Assembly: GCA_965216565.1 (NCBI GenBank) | Contig: OZ244170.1 | Coordinates: forward strand, 1,568,001 to 1,632,000 | Direction: 5' to 3' | Origin: Bythopirellula sp. | Lineage (GTDB): Bacteria; Planctomycetota; Planctomycetia; Pirellulales; Lacipirellulaceae | DNA length: 64,000 nucleotides | Shown here: positions 20,678 to 30,719 of the stretch, in pieces | Layout of the letters: each line of letters begins with the position of its first letter | How positions within the stretch are numbered: the first letter of the stretch is position 1 | The notes under the pieces: generated by a model | The model's input: the letters and a program-made list of their open reading frames with translations, nothing else | The model's database searches: none | What the model was told of the DNA's origin: nothing | Made by a program: the position numbers and the translations under genes

Positions 20678-21088
20678 ATGGAAATCGCGGCGATGAATCT
20701 CTTTACTTATGGAACGCTAACCTTCCCCGAAGTCTGGAAACGGATCGCGGTTCGAGAATGCCCCGCGCAACGGGCGGTCCTGAGTAACTTCGCCATCTAT
20801 CGAGTGCGGAACGCCGTGTTCCCGGGCATCATTCGGTCGGAAGAAAAAGACTCGGTCGAAGGCATTCTTTACAGTGACGTCGACGAAGAAACGCTCTTTG
20901 AATTGGATGCCTACGAATCCGATTTTTACGATCGCGAATCGGTGTGGGTCACCACGGCAAATCTCGAACGAGTCGAAGCGCAGGTCTACCTAGTGCCGCC
21001 ATCGCATCGGCAGATGCTGACCCACGAACCTTGGGACGCGGCCTGGTTTGCGGAGCACGAATTAGAGCGCTATCTGGACGGAACCTAG
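20678..21088 (+). CDS. Gamma-glutamylcyclotransferase (AIG2-like) family protein
   Basis: LFTYGTL motif and LDAYE..Y.R. Confidence 0.85.
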   Translation: MEIAAMNLFTYGTLTFPEVWKRIAVRECPAQRAVLSNFAIYRVRNAVFPGIIRSEEKDSVEGILYSDVDEETLFELDAYESDFYDRESVWVTTANLERVEAQVYLVPPSHRQMLTHEPWDAAWFAEHELERYLDGT

Positions 21089-21107
21089 TACTACGCGGAG
21101 TTGGCTT

Positions 21108-21282
21108 GCGAAAAATAGGGACTGGCTCGACGCTCGAACACGTTTCGAACCCCCGGCGCACTCAGTGTCGTCGTGCCTGTCCCTTTTTTTCGCTATATGA
21201 AATGGGTACAGGCACGCGATTGCGGCAACGCGCGATCTACCTTCAAACATGACTTGGCAATCACGAGCCAGTCCCCATTTCA
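21108..21282. repeat. Two adjacent inverted-repeat units (GGGACTGGCTC/GTGCCTGTCCC type), REPIN/MITE-like
   Basis: Unit 1: GCGAAAAATAGGGACTGGCTCGACG...CGTCGTGCCTGTCCCTTTTTTTCGC. Unit 2: TGAAATGGGTACAGGCACG...CGAGCCAGTCCCCATTTCA. Confidence 0.75.
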
Positions 21283-21303
21283 AGCTCGCACTGCGACAGA
21301 GTA

Positions 21304-22542
21304 TTAAACGGATTCCGACCAGTCTTCCAAGGGCCCGATCGTCACCGTGGTATTCTTGGTGAGCGGATATTTACTCATTACACGGTGGACATCGTCGAGT
21401 GTCACAGAGTCGACCGATTCCAAATCGTCGGCCACGCTGCGATACTCGCTCCGTTGGAGCCAATTGCCTCCAACATTGAACAGCCGGCTGCGGGGACGTT
21501 CGCTACCCAGTACCACCCGCGATTGAACTTTGCTCTTGGCCTGTCGCAGTTCCTCGGCAGTAAAGCCATCCCGCTCCGCACGTTGTTGAACTTCCTGCAC
21601 CTTAGCAAAAATCTCCTGCGCCGTTTCTGGCACGCTGCTCACCCAGGTGAAGAACATTCCTGCGCCCAAATATTCGTAGTGCCCCAGGCTCGCTGATTCG
21701 ACAAGCCCAGGATCAACCAGTTCCCAGTAGAGCCGACTTCCGGAATCATCGCCAAACATCGTGGCAAGGAGTTTAGCGGCGTAGCGATCCTCATCCTCCG
21801 AGGGTGGAGCGTCGGCCAACTGCAAAACATATTGCTGAGTACTCGCCTCTCTGACGACCGAATGGAATGAAGAAGTCGATTTGGCGCTGGGAATCTCCCG
21901 TTGCGTCCCTTGGGGTTTCCATTCGCCACACCTTGTATTGACCTGTTCGACGAGCGAATCAAAATCCACTTTGCCCGCTGCCGCAAGCAGAACGTTTTCA
22001 GGGCTGTATCTTGCCTCGAAGTAGTTTCGCATTTGCTCGACGGAAAGATCACTGACTGTTTCCACCGTGCCCAGGACACTACGAGAGAGGGGATGTGACC
22101 CGTAATGAAGTTCCTTGATTTTGTCATCCATGCCAAACGGGGGTTGGTCGGCGTACATCTGAATCTCTTCCAGGATGACTTTCTTCTCCATCTCGAAGTC
22201 TTCGTCGCGCAGGCTCGGCCGCATGATGTCGGCTAAGATGTCGACGCACTGCTCTTGGCATTCGGGAAGCACTGCCGCGTAGTAGACGGTGTTTTCTTCA
22301 CTGGTAAACGCATTGTAGTGCGCTCCCAGTTCGTCAAACTCCCGATTGACATCCTCGGCGGTTCTGCGCGGGGTACCTTTGAACAACATATGTTCTAGAA
22401 AATGGCTGACGCCGGCTATCGCATCTGTTTCATCACGCGACCCCGTCCGCACAAAAAACCCGAGTCCCAGCGAATGGGCTGCCGAATTGCACTCGGCGAC
22501 GATTTCCAGTCCGTTATCGAGCTGGTGCTTACGAAATTCCAT
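21304..22542 (-). CDS. M16 family zinc peptidase, catalytic subunit
   Basis: GSRDE...GVSHFLEHMLFKG (HxxEH) and NAFTS.E.T.Y. Confidence 0.92.
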   Translation of the reverse strand: MEFRKHQLDNGLEIVAECNSAAHSLGLGFFVRTGSRDETDAIAGVSHFLEHMLFKGTPRRTAEDVNREFDELGAHYNAFTSEENTVYYAAVLPECQEQCVDILADIMRPSLRDEDFEMEKKVILEEIQMYADQPPFGMDDKIKELHYGSHPLSRSVLGTVETVSDLSVEQMRNYFEARYSPENVLLAAAGKVDFDSLVEQVNTRCGEWKPQGTQREIPSAKSTSSFHSVVREASTQQYVLQLADAPPSEDEDRYAAKLLATMFGDDSGSRLYWELVDPGLVESASLGHYEYLGAGMFFTWVSSVPETAQEIFAKVQEVQQRAERDGFTAEELRQAKSKVQSRVVLGSERPRSRLFNVGGNWLQRSEYRSVADDLESVDSVTLDDVHRVMSKYPLTKNTTVTIGPLEDWSESV

Positions 22543-22758
22543 GACTGTTGAAGTCCTATCGTTGATAATATCTTTTTCAGAGGGGGAAGTACCACAGAGG
22601 ATTCTACAGCTTGGGTCCAGCGGGGCAAAGCCAAGCTTCGGCGGGTCTAACCAATTACTTCCCGAATTGTTGCACAACTTTTCTCTATGTGTGGGGTTCA
22701 GCTACCTGTAACATTGCCAGATCATCAGTCCACGACACAGTACAGAGAATCCTTTACC

Positions 22759-23715
22759 ATGCCCCTGTTGTCTTCGAGCAAGAATAAGCCAAAACTCACC
22801 GCATGGGTTGTCGCAGTTTCAGTCATTGCGACAACCGTTCTCGTGTTTGCCCAGCGTCCCCCCATGCGGCGGCATACGGCCACGAATACCAAGCCTCTGA
22901 AACTCGTGCAGGCAACCGAGAAACCGCCCGTTGAAAACAGAAGTATCGTTGAGCATCAGGGGGACCACCGAGTCATCGTCTCCAATGGAATTCCTACGCA
23001 CACCGTTGGGCAGTTCCCCAATCGAGGCAACCCCAATGGTATTCGGCCTCAGCGATACGAGTTTCGCTTACCAGCGGAACCACGAGCAGCCAAAGTAATT
23101 ACGCCACTCCATACAGATACCGGTCGAGGCCCTCCCAACTTGCCGTTTGGGATTGCCGTGAACGGAGTTCTATTTGACCCCGGCACAGCCGAATACTGGC
23201 AAGGCGATCGCCGTGCAGATTGGAACTACGATGCCCTCGGTGGCGCGGTTCCATTGGGCATTGACGAGAATCATGCTCATGTGCAGCCCACCGGCGCGTA
23301 CCATTATCACGGCTTGCCGACGTTGCTCCTGGAGAAACTTGGCTGGAACGCCAACAGCCATTCACCCCAAATTGGCTGGGCCGCGGATGGATTCCCCATC
23401 TATGCAGTTTATGGGTTTGGCGAGCGTGAAGATTCTGATTCCAAGATCGTTGAACTGAAGTCGAGCTACCGGCTGAAAACCGGAACTCGTCCAGGTGGCA
23501 ATCGAGCACCCACGGGTAAGTACGATGGGACCTTTATCCAGGATTACGAGTACGTCGAAGACAGCGGCGACCTCGACGCGTGCAACGGACGGTTTTGCAA
23601 CACGCCAGAATTTCCCGCCGGCACCTATGCCTATTTCTTAACGTCTGATTGGCCTGTTATCCCCCGGGCATTCCGTGGCCAGCCGATCAATATGCGAGGT
23701 CCCAGACACCGCTAA
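22759..23715 (+). CDS. YHYH domain protein (exported)
   Basis: SNGIP.H, G.AVNGV, HAHVQPTGAYHYH, IGWAADGFPIY, GDLDACNGR. Confidence 0.9.
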   Translation: MPLLSSSKNKPKLTAWVVAVSVIATTVLVFAQRPPMRRHTATNTKPLKLVQATEKPPVENRSIVEHQGDHRVIVSNGIPTHTVGQFPNRGNPNGIRPQRYEFRLPAEPRAAKVITPLHTDTGRGPPNLPFGIAVNGVLFDPGTAEYWQGDRRADWNYDALGGAVPLGIDENHAHVQPTGAYHYHGLPTLLLEKLGWNANSHSPQIGWAADGFPIYAVYGFGEREDSDSKIVELKSSYRLKTGTRPGGNRAPTGKYDGTFIQDYEYVEDSGDLDACNGRFCNTPEFPAGTYAYFLTSDWPVIPRAFRGQPINMRGPRHR

Positions 23716-23726
23716 GTGAAGACACC

Positions 23727-25379
23727 TTAGAATTCCGTCTCCTCCGCGGCCTCGACAACCTCTTGGCAAATGCGCAGCAGTGCCACGCCTAATTCTCGTT
23801 CTTCGCAAACGACTGCATTCGCGCCCAGCTTCTTCGACTTTGCCACATTCGATCCGTATCGACAGCGAACAATGATCGACATCGACGGGTTGATGGATCG
23901 CAACGCAGGCACCGTTTGCAACGCGGCATCGTCGTTCGGTACACAAACAACGGCCAGGCGACAATATTCGGCTCGGGCTCGCCGCAAGACGTCCGGATCT
24001 CGGGCATCGCCGGCGATAGTGTGAAATCCTTGTTGGGCATAGTCATGCAGATTGATGGGGCTTTGATCGATCAGGCACACATCCACCCCTAGCATTTCCA
24101 GTCGCGACGATATCTGACGTCCAACCGCTCCAATACCGATAACAAGTGCTTGCGTAACCGGCGAATCGACCTTGATGGCGGTTTCCTCTTGGTCATCCTC
24201 CAAAGGATCTTCGCCTCCGGCCCACCGTAAACCGAATTTGATAAGTTGTGGCGACAAAATCAGCGTTCCCATCGCCAGAAAGAGCATACGGTTATAGGTT
24301 TCGGAACTGATGAGATCGTGGGACACTCCCTCGGACAGCAGCAAGAACGAGAATTCGCCCAATTGCGCGAGGCCGATTCCCATGCCGGCAGCAACTTTCC
24401 AATCCAATCCGGTAAACTTCAAGGCTACGGTTGCCGCAGTAGCCTTTAACAACAAAATCGCCACCAACCCGCCAGCAAGTAACAACGGTGCCTCGAAGAA
24501 CTCCATGGGCTCTAGCAGAGTCCCCAACGTGACAAAAAACACAGCTGCAAACGATTCGCGAAATGGCAGCGACAGTGTATCGATTTGCTTGCTCAGGTTG
24601 TTACCGCCCAGGACCAATCCTGCTGCCAACGCGCCCAGGGCACTCGACAAACCCAATGCAGATGTGCCCAAGCACACACCTCCCAGCATGGCAAGCGTGA
24701 ATAGCACCACCAGTTCCAGGCTCCGCAATTTCATTAAAAGGGGCACGAACACATCGGTTACTAAGCGTCGTAGCAATAAAATGGCGAGCAGAAATAGCAT
24801 CGTTTGCACACCTAGCCACCCAAATTTTTGCAACAATGGATCGTCACTAGTTGAAGTGAGCAATGGCACCAGCAGCATCAACGGCACCAGAGCCACGTCT
24901 TGAAACAACAGCAGCCCGACACCGCGACGTCCTGCAGGCGTAGCTGTCTGGCCCCATTCGGCTAACGCTTTAAAAACCAGGATCGTCGAACTCAGCGCGG
25001 CTGCACCTCCGACGATCACCGCCGGCTGCCATTCCATTCCCGCCATCATCGCGACAAATATCACCGGCAATGCAACCAGTGCCATCTGGACAGATCCGCC
25101 CAGGAAGATCACGCGGCTCATGCGACGGAGCAACGGCAGCGAAAGCTCGATGCCCACTGAGAACAACAGCAATAAGGCACCCGTGTGCGCCAGGAGCTCC
25201 AGCTCATGGTTATCCTGAGACACCAGGCCCAGACTCCCTTCGCCGATTAGGGCACCGATTACCAGATAGCCAACCAAGAGCGAAACGCCGATTCTTCGAC
25301 AAATAACTCCCGCCACAAACCCTGCTACCAGGACAATGAGCACGTCGACTAGCAGTTGATTGATATCGAGAGAGTTCAT
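23727..25379 (-). CDS. CPA2 cation:proton antiporter with C-terminal TrkA-N domain
   Basis: Multiple TM helices; LSST, LLFQD, LAQLGEFSF; GIGAVG and GDARD (RCK domain). Confidence 0.9.
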   Translation of the reverse strand: MNSLDINQLLVDVLIVLVAGFVAGVICRRIGVSLLVGYLVIGALIGEGSLGLVSQDNHELELLAHTGALLLLFSVGIELSLPLLRRMSRVIFLGGSVQMALVALPVIFVAMMAGMEWQPAVIVGGAAALSSTILVFKALAEWGQTATPAGRRGVGLLLFQDVALVPLMLLVPLLTSTSDDPLLQKFGWLGVQTMLFLLAILLLRRLVTDVFVPLLMKLRSLELVVLFTLAMLGGVCLGTSALGLSSALGALAAGLVLGGNNLSKQIDTLSLPFRESFAAVFFVTLGTLLEPMEFFEAPLLLAGGLVAILLLKATAATVALKFTGLDWKVAAGMGIGLAQLGEFSFLLLSEGVSHDLISSETYNRMLFLAMGTLILSPQLIKFGLRWAGGEDPLEDDQEETAIKVDSPVTQALVIGIGAVGRQISSRLEMLGVDVCLIDQSPINLHDYAQQGFHTIAGDARDPDVLRRARAEYCRLAVVCVPNDDAALQTVPALRSINPSMSIIVRCRYGSNVAKSKKLGANAVVCEERELGVALLRICQEVVEAAEETEF

Positions 25380-25449
25380 AGAGAGACCGAGCCAACCGCA
25401 GTAGTGAGGCAATCACCAGAGACTACTATCCTAGCATCGCAGAGGATTG

Positions 25450-26706
25450 CTAGGCGGGCAACTCAAGCGGCGTGGGGCCGAGAGTGGCAAATGTGAAGTT
25501 CGCTGGCGGTTGACGCTTGAGATATTCGTTAATGGCATCACTGGTAAGCTTGTCGACCATTTCACTAACTTCATCAAGCGGACGAACTCGGGCCAAATGG
25601 TACCAATCGCGCGCAATGGCCCCGCTCCGGGCGCTGGTCGACTCTTGTTGCATAATCAGCCCGCTTTTAATGCGTGCCTTGAGCCGATCCAGTTCATTGG
25701 CCTCGATTCCTTGGCCTAGACGTATTAATTCGGCGTAAGTCACATCGAGGGTTTCTTGGGCTCGTTCTGCCGTCGTGCCGGCATAGCATAGTACGCGAGC
25801 ACGATCTCGCTGCGTTTGGAGCGAAGCACTCACCGTGTAACAAAGTCCCCGCTTCTCCCGGACTTCGGTAAATAGCCTGGAACTCATGCCACTGGACAGA
25901 ACTCCCACCGCGGCCCAAGCCCGCAAATACTCCGCATCGCGGTAGGGAACGCTGGGAAAAGCGATGCCAATGTGGGATTGGTTCGATTCGTGCTCTGTGT
26001 GGAGCAAGTCGGAAGCGGGGTCGGTTTCAACAGGTGGCTTGGTCTCAACTCGCTGCCAATCGCCGAATAGGCTCTCGACATGGGCGATTAACTCATCCCA
26101 GTCGAAAGAACCAGCTACGCCTAAAATGGTTCCGTTCGGTCGGTAATTTGATTGGAACTGTTGTTGGACCGATTCGATGTCACATTGCCCGATGCCCTCG
26201 ATAGTTCCGTGGCTGGGTCGGCCCCATGGTTCTGGGTACGCTCTTCTTCTGAGTGCGATCATCAATTGTTGACTTGGCTCGTCTTCGGCTCCGTAGATTT
26301 CTTGGAGGCAAACCTGTTTGCCGGCGTCCAGCTGATCGGCAGGTATATGGGGCCTACGAACAATGTCGGCGTAAATCTCCAGCGCCGAATTCAGATTGGC
26401 CGCAAGTGTTGCCGCACTAAAGCTAGTTTGAGACGCCCCGACCGACTCGCCCCGTTCGACACCCAGATTTTCTAGATCGGTAATCAATGCTCGACTGTCG
26501 CGACTGCCGGCTCCACGCAAAACCATGTCGCACAGCAGCGACGAGAGTCCAAGCTGGTCGGCTGGGTCGGTACTGTATCCACATGGCGTCAGCAGTGTGA
26601 TTGCTGCCGATTGGACGCCCGCGGTTGGTTCGCCGATAATCACCATCCCGTTTTCGAGTTGGTGACTCTGCGCCTGTCGAGTTTGGACTTGTGAGGTAGT
26701 GCTCAT
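25450..26706 (-). CDS. M16 family peptidase, non-catalytic partner subunit
   Basis: LENG N-terminus; GMSSRLFTEVREKRGLCY; no HxxEH. Confidence 0.88.
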   Translation of the reverse strand: MSTTSQVQTRQAQSHQLENGMVIIGEPTAGVQSAAITLLTPCGYSTDPADQLGLSSLLCDMVLRGAGSRDSRALITDLENLGVERGESVGASQTSFSAATLAANLNSALEIYADIVRRPHIPADQLDAGKQVCLQEIYGAEDEPSQQLMIALRRRAYPEPWGRPSHGTIEGIGQCDIESVQQQFQSNYRPNGTILGVAGSFDWDELIAHVESLFGDWQRVETKPPVETDPASDLLHTEHESNQSHIGIAFPSVPYRDAEYLRAWAAVGVLSSGMSSRLFTEVREKRGLCYTVSASLQTQRDRARVLCYAGTTAERAQETLDVTYAELIRLGQGIEANELDRLKARIKSGLIMQQESTSARSGAIARDWYHLARVRPLDEVSEMVDKLTSDAINEYLKRQPPANFTFATLGPTPLELPA

Positions 26707-26808
26707 CGAATGCCAGGGTTTCAGAGATTCGTCGAAGGAGTCTGCGGCACAGGCGCGTCGAAAGTGACGCCCAATAGGCAAAATCCTGTTTCCACGTCGT
26801 TCCGCAGG

Positions 26809-27423
26809 TTACCTTGCGGGAAGACTAGGAGCAAGCTCAACCGCTTTGTAGAGAGTGCGCGTTGAACGGAAACCCAGCTTTTTGTACAGCCGCACCGCAT
26901 CCCCATTCTCTGCCGTAACCTCCAGGCTGATTCTTGGAACGCCGAGATATTGCAATCCACCCAGAGATGCCAGTATGAGCGCGGTACCAATGCTCCGTCC
27001 GCGATGGAAAGGCACGACACCAATGTTCTGGATATTCGCCCGCTGCCGATGGGTGCGAACCGCCTGAATCGTCCCGCAGTATTCGGTCTTTCTTGGTCCA
27101 GCACCAATATATTCGGCTAGCCAGGTAGCTTCGGGCAGGAAGCCTTCGCGTGCGTGAATCTCTTGCATCAGCTTCCAGCAGCCCTCGTACTCGCCCAAGC
27201 AAGGGAACACCTGGGCGTCTAGCTCGCCGCGGAAGCTCTGGTACTTGATCTCTGCGTGCTCTTCCAGCAGAGCATCGCTCCAGGCCACCAGCCGATAGTC
27301 TCGTGGCAAACGGAAGTCGGGGCGCCGCCAACGGCTTACATCCAACTCCATCCGATAGCGCTTTATATATTGATAATTCAAGAAACGCATGACGGACCAA
27401 CTTGACCTTTGGTGAGGGATCAT
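26809..27423 (-). CDS. GNAT family N-acetyltransferase
   Basis: NIGVVPFHRGRSIG (motif A), LEVTAEN..AVRLYKKLGF; the start may instead be 27390. Confidence 0.85.
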   Translation of the reverse strand: MIPHQRSSWSVMRFLNYQYIKRYRMELDVSRWRRPDFRLPRDYRLVAWSDALLEEHAEIKYQSFRGELDAQVFPCLGEYEGCWKLMQEIHAREGFLPEATWLAEYIGAGPRKTEYCGTIQAVRTHRQRANIQNIGVVPFHRGRSIGTALILASLGGLQYLGVPRISLEVTAENGDAVRLYKKLGFRSTRTLYKAVELAPSLPAR

Positions 27424-27543
27424 TTAAGGATACCACAACAGGCAGAACCGAACAGCAATTCTTTCGGCCCGAACCTCGCTGCGAAGCAGTATTTTAGCCT
27501 TCGGCAACGAATTTTCGCTGTAACCCCACCTGCCGACTCTACC

Positions 27544-27586
27544 TTGACCTGAATGGCTGCAGGCATTAGATTTGTAGCCGATGCTA
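27544..27586 (+). promoter_or_regulatory. Sigma70-type promoter with a candidate MntR/DtxR-type operator
   Basis: TTGACC (27544-49)-N17-TAGATT (27567-72), then the palindrome TAGC-CGAT-GCTA (27575-86). Confidence 0.5.
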
Positions 27587-27609
27587 AACTTTTGACGAGA
27601 GACCCTTCC

Positions 27610-28623
27610 ATGACATTGAGAGCCTGTTTTCCTAGCCTTTTTTGCCTGATCCTCTTCCTGGGTTGTACCCAAGCTGGATCTCACGATCATCGGCCTGCCG
27701 ATGTTTCGCCGCATACCTTCTCCGGCGACTATCCGATAAAGATCGTTTGCACGACAGAGCATATCGGCGAAATGATCTCTCACATTGGCGGCGACCACGT
27801 AGAGGTTGAAACGCTCATGGGCCCGGGGATCGATCCGCATCTGTACCGTCCGGTTGCCTCCGATGTTCGTAAACTTTCAGCGGCAGACGCCATCTTTTAC
27901 AACGGCTTGCACCTGGAAGGCCGCATGGGTGAACTCTTCGTGCAGATGGCACGTCGCAAGGCAACCTATGCCGTGACCGAAGGCCTCCAGAATCGCAAGG
28001 ATGAGCGGCTCCGCGAGCCCCCCGAGTTTGCTGGCATGTACGATCCTCATCTATGGCACGATGTTTCGCTCTGGGCCGATTGTGTGAGTGACATGACCGA
28101 CGTGCTGGCGAAGTTCGATCCCAAGAACGCAGCCGACTATAAGAAGAATGGCGCATTGTATGCCAACCAACTCAGGGAACTTTCTGCGTACTGCAAAAAG
28201 CAAATCGCCAGTATCCCTGAAAACCGGCGTGTCCTGGTAACCGCACACGATGCGTTCGGCTACTTTGGCGAAGCGTACGATCTAGAAGTTTTTGGATTAA
28301 AAGGAATTAGCACCGAAGAAGAAAAAGACATCTCTCACCAAGAAGAATTACAAGAGATGATCATCGAACGACAGATACCGGCCGTGTTTGTGGAATCAGC
28401 CGTTTCGAACCGCACCGTCGAAGCCCTCATCGAACCTTGTCAGGCTGCGGGTCACGATCTCAAGCTTGGCGGCGAACTCTATGCGGATGCGCTCGGCGAG
28501 AAAGGCACTTCCGCCGACACCTACGAGGGTATGATCCGCCATAACGTAGATACCATCGTTTCCGCGCTGAGTGGCCAAGAGACGAAGACCGCCCGACAAG
28601 ATTCGGACGCGGCAATCAATTAA
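27610..28623 (+). CDS. Mn/Zn/Fe ABC transporter substrate-binding lipoprotein (TroA/MntA-like)
   Basis: Lipobox LFLGC; DPHLY, YNGLHLEG, DPHLW, TAHDAFGYF, LYADALG. Confidence 0.92.
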   Translation: MTLRACFPSLFCLILFLGCTQAGSHDHRPADVSPHTFSGDYPIKIVCTTEHIGEMISHIGGDHVEVETLMGPGIDPHLYRPVASDVRKLSAADAIFYNGLHLEGRMGELFVQMARRKATYAVTEGLQNRKDERLREPPEFAGMYDPHLWHDVSLWADCVSDMTDVLAKFDPKNAADYKKNGALYANQLRELSAYCKKQIASIPENRRVLVTAHDAFGYFGEAYDLEVFGLKGISTEEEKDISHQEELQEMIIERQIPAVFVESAVSNRTVEALIEPCQAAGHDLKLGGELYADALGEKGTSADTYEGMIRHNVDTIVSALSGQETKTARQDSDAAIN

Positions 28624-28659
28624 TCCCATGCACCCTTCGTCCTTTCACGATTCACCGCA

Positions 28660-29424
28660 ATGTCGCAAATCGCGCTGGAATATCACGATGTTACTGTTGC
28701 CTACCACCGTCGGCCGGTTCTTTGGGATATCGATCTTACGGTCCCCGAAGGCAAGCTTGTGGGCATCGTGGGTCCCAACGGTGCTGGGAAAACAACCTTA
28801 ATCAAATCCGCTCTGGGGCTCGTGCCACTGGCGAGTGGCAAAGTGGAAATCTACGGCGAGAGCTATGAAGACCAACGGCATCTTGTCGGGTACGTGCCGC
28901 AGCGCGAGTCCGTGGATTGGGATTTCCCTGTTACGGTCCGTGATGTTGTGCTGATGGGCACTTATGGTCGGCTTGGTTGGTTCCGTCGTCCTGGCAAAGC
29001 GGAACGCGAAATCGCCCAGCGTTGCTTGGAAGAAGTCGACATTGCCGAACTTGCCAATCGGCAAATCAGGCAGCTCTCTGGAGGGCAGCAACAGCGGGTG
29101 TTCCTCGCCCGAGCATTGGCCCAAGAGGCCCAGGTCTATTTTCTCGACGAGCCTTTTGCTGGGGTCGATGCCGCCACCGAATCGGCCATCGTCCAGCTTT
29201 TGCACTCGCTCCGCTCCGCCGGCAAGACCGTGCTAGTGGTGCATCACGATCTGCAAACCGTCCGCGAATACTTCGATTACGTCATCCTGCTCAATATGCG
29301 ATTGATTGCTTGCGGAGACATTGAAGAAACGTTTACCACAGAAAACCTGCAGAAGACCTACGGTGGTCGGCTTACCATACTCGACGAAGCGGCAGAAGCG
29401 ATGCGGAAGCAGGAGCCGCTGTGA
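28660..29424 (+). CDS. Metal ABC transporter ATP-binding protein (TroB/MntB-like)
   Basis: [26 protein letters not shown]. Confidence 0.93.
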   Translation: MSQIALEYHDVTVAYHRRPVLWDIDLTVPEGKLVGIVGPNGAGKTTLIKSALGLVPLASGKVEIYGESYEDQRHLVGYVPQRESVDWDFPVTVRDVVLMGTYGRLGWFRRPGKAEREIAQRCLEEVDIAELANRQIRQLSGGQQQRVFLARALAQEAQVYFLDEPFAGVDAATESAIVQLLHSLRSAGKTVLVVHHDLQTVREYFDYVILLNMRLIACGDIEETFTTENLQKTYGGRLTILDEAAEAMRKQEPL

Positions 29425-30719
29425 TGTTCGGCTTATCTCTCGGCGAAAAAGTCACGATTGGTACCGCTCTGCTGGGCGGCATGGCTGGTGTCGTGGGCAG
29501 CTTTGCGGTGCTCCGCGGAAGAGCCTTGGTGGGAGACATGCTTTCCCACGCTGCGCTGCCCGGCGTCTGTCTCGCCTTTCTGTTCATGGAGAGCCGCAAC
29601 CTGCTCGGACTGTCGTTCGGGGCACTGGCTAGTGGGCTACTTGCCGTGGGAGCCGTGACACTGATCGTCCGTTGGACTCGAACCAAACAGGATGCCGCTA
29701 TCGGAATTGTACTCAGCACCTTTTTCGGTGCCGGGGTAGTACTACTTTCGGTCGTTGCCAAGTCCGACCGGGTGACAAAGAAAGCCGGAATTGATCACTA
29801 CATTTTTGGCGAACCTGCCAACATTCTCACTAGCGATCTCTACCTCTTAATCGGTGTAGCTCTCGTCGTGATTCTGACGGTGATTGTTTGTTTCAAAGAA
29901 TTTCAAATCGTTTGCTTCGATCAGGATTTTGCCCAGACACAAGGCTGGCCAACACTCGCCTTGGATTTATCCATGATGAGTGCACTGACCGTCGTGACGA
30001 TTGTCGGCTTGCCGATCGTCGGTGTCATTCTCATGGCCGCAATGATCATCCTGCCTGCGGCCACGGCTCGGTTTTGGACCAACCGATTGCAAATCTTGTT
30101 GCTGCTGTCTGGGGCGTTTGGCGTGGCCTCCGGGGTGATTGGCACTCAGGTCGGGCGTCGCATCCCCGCGGCAGGTGCTTCGATCGTGCTGAGTGCGGCA
30201 GCAATGTTCCTGGTCTCGCTACTCTTCGCCCCGCAACGAGGCGTGGTCGCTAGGATCTATGCCGATTGGCAACTCCGCAAGCGAATTGCCCGCGAGCACC
30301 TGTTGCGTTCCCTTTATGAGCTGGGTGAGTCGGAGCTCCCCGAGCTTGTTGAACTGCCCATCGAACAGCTTCGCAACTATCGCTATTGGGGCCCGCGTGC
30401 TATGGAACGGCTGCTGAACTGGGCCGTTGACGATGAACTGGTGAAGACACGTCAAGACGTAGTCCAGCTAACGCCCTTGGGCCTAAAGCGAGGGGCAGAG
30501 CTCACGAAGGCACATCGATTGTGGGAGATGTATCTTATGGAATACGCCGACATCGCTTCGGATCACGTGGACCGCGATGCCGACGAAACCGAGCACCTAC
30601 TCCCCGACGCGCTTTTGATTGAACTAGAGAAGCAGCTGTCCGAAGAAGGCCGCATGCCGCAGGTTGTCGAAGAAGTGCCCGTCTCCCCCCACGAATTAGA
30701 CGCGGGTGAAGAAACATGA
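29421..30719 (+). CDS. Metal ABC permease fused to a DtxR-like metal-dependent repressor domain
   Basis: [10 protein letters not shown] permease motif; C-terminal LTPLG...AHRLWEMYL...[12 protein letters not shown]. Confidence 0.88.
   Translation: MMFGLSLGEKVTIGTALLGGMAGVVGSFAVLRGRALVGDMLSHAALPGVCLAFLFMESRNLLGLSFGALASGLLAVGAVTLIVRWTRTKQDAAIGIVLSTFFGAGVVLLSVVAKSDRVTKKAGIDHYIFGEPANILTSDLYLLIGVALVVILTVIVCFKEFQIVCFDQDFAQTQGWPTLALDLSMMSALTVVTIVGLPIVGVILMAAMIILPAATARFWTNRLQILLLLSGAFGVASGVIGTQVGRRIPAAGASIVLSAAAMFLVSLLFAPQRGVVARIYADWQLRKRIAREHLLRSLYELGESELPELVELPIEQLRNYRYWGPRAMERLLNWAVDDELVKTRQDVVQLTPLGLKRGAELTKAHRLWEMYLMEYADIASDHVDRDADETEHLLPDALLIELEKQLSEEGRMPQVVEEVPVSPHELDAGEET

Noticed and set aside
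10711..21088. Oxoprolinase and gamma-glutamylcyclotransferase as one pathway cluster
   Set aside because: They are biochemically sequential but about 6 kb apart, on opposite strands, with unrelated genes between them.
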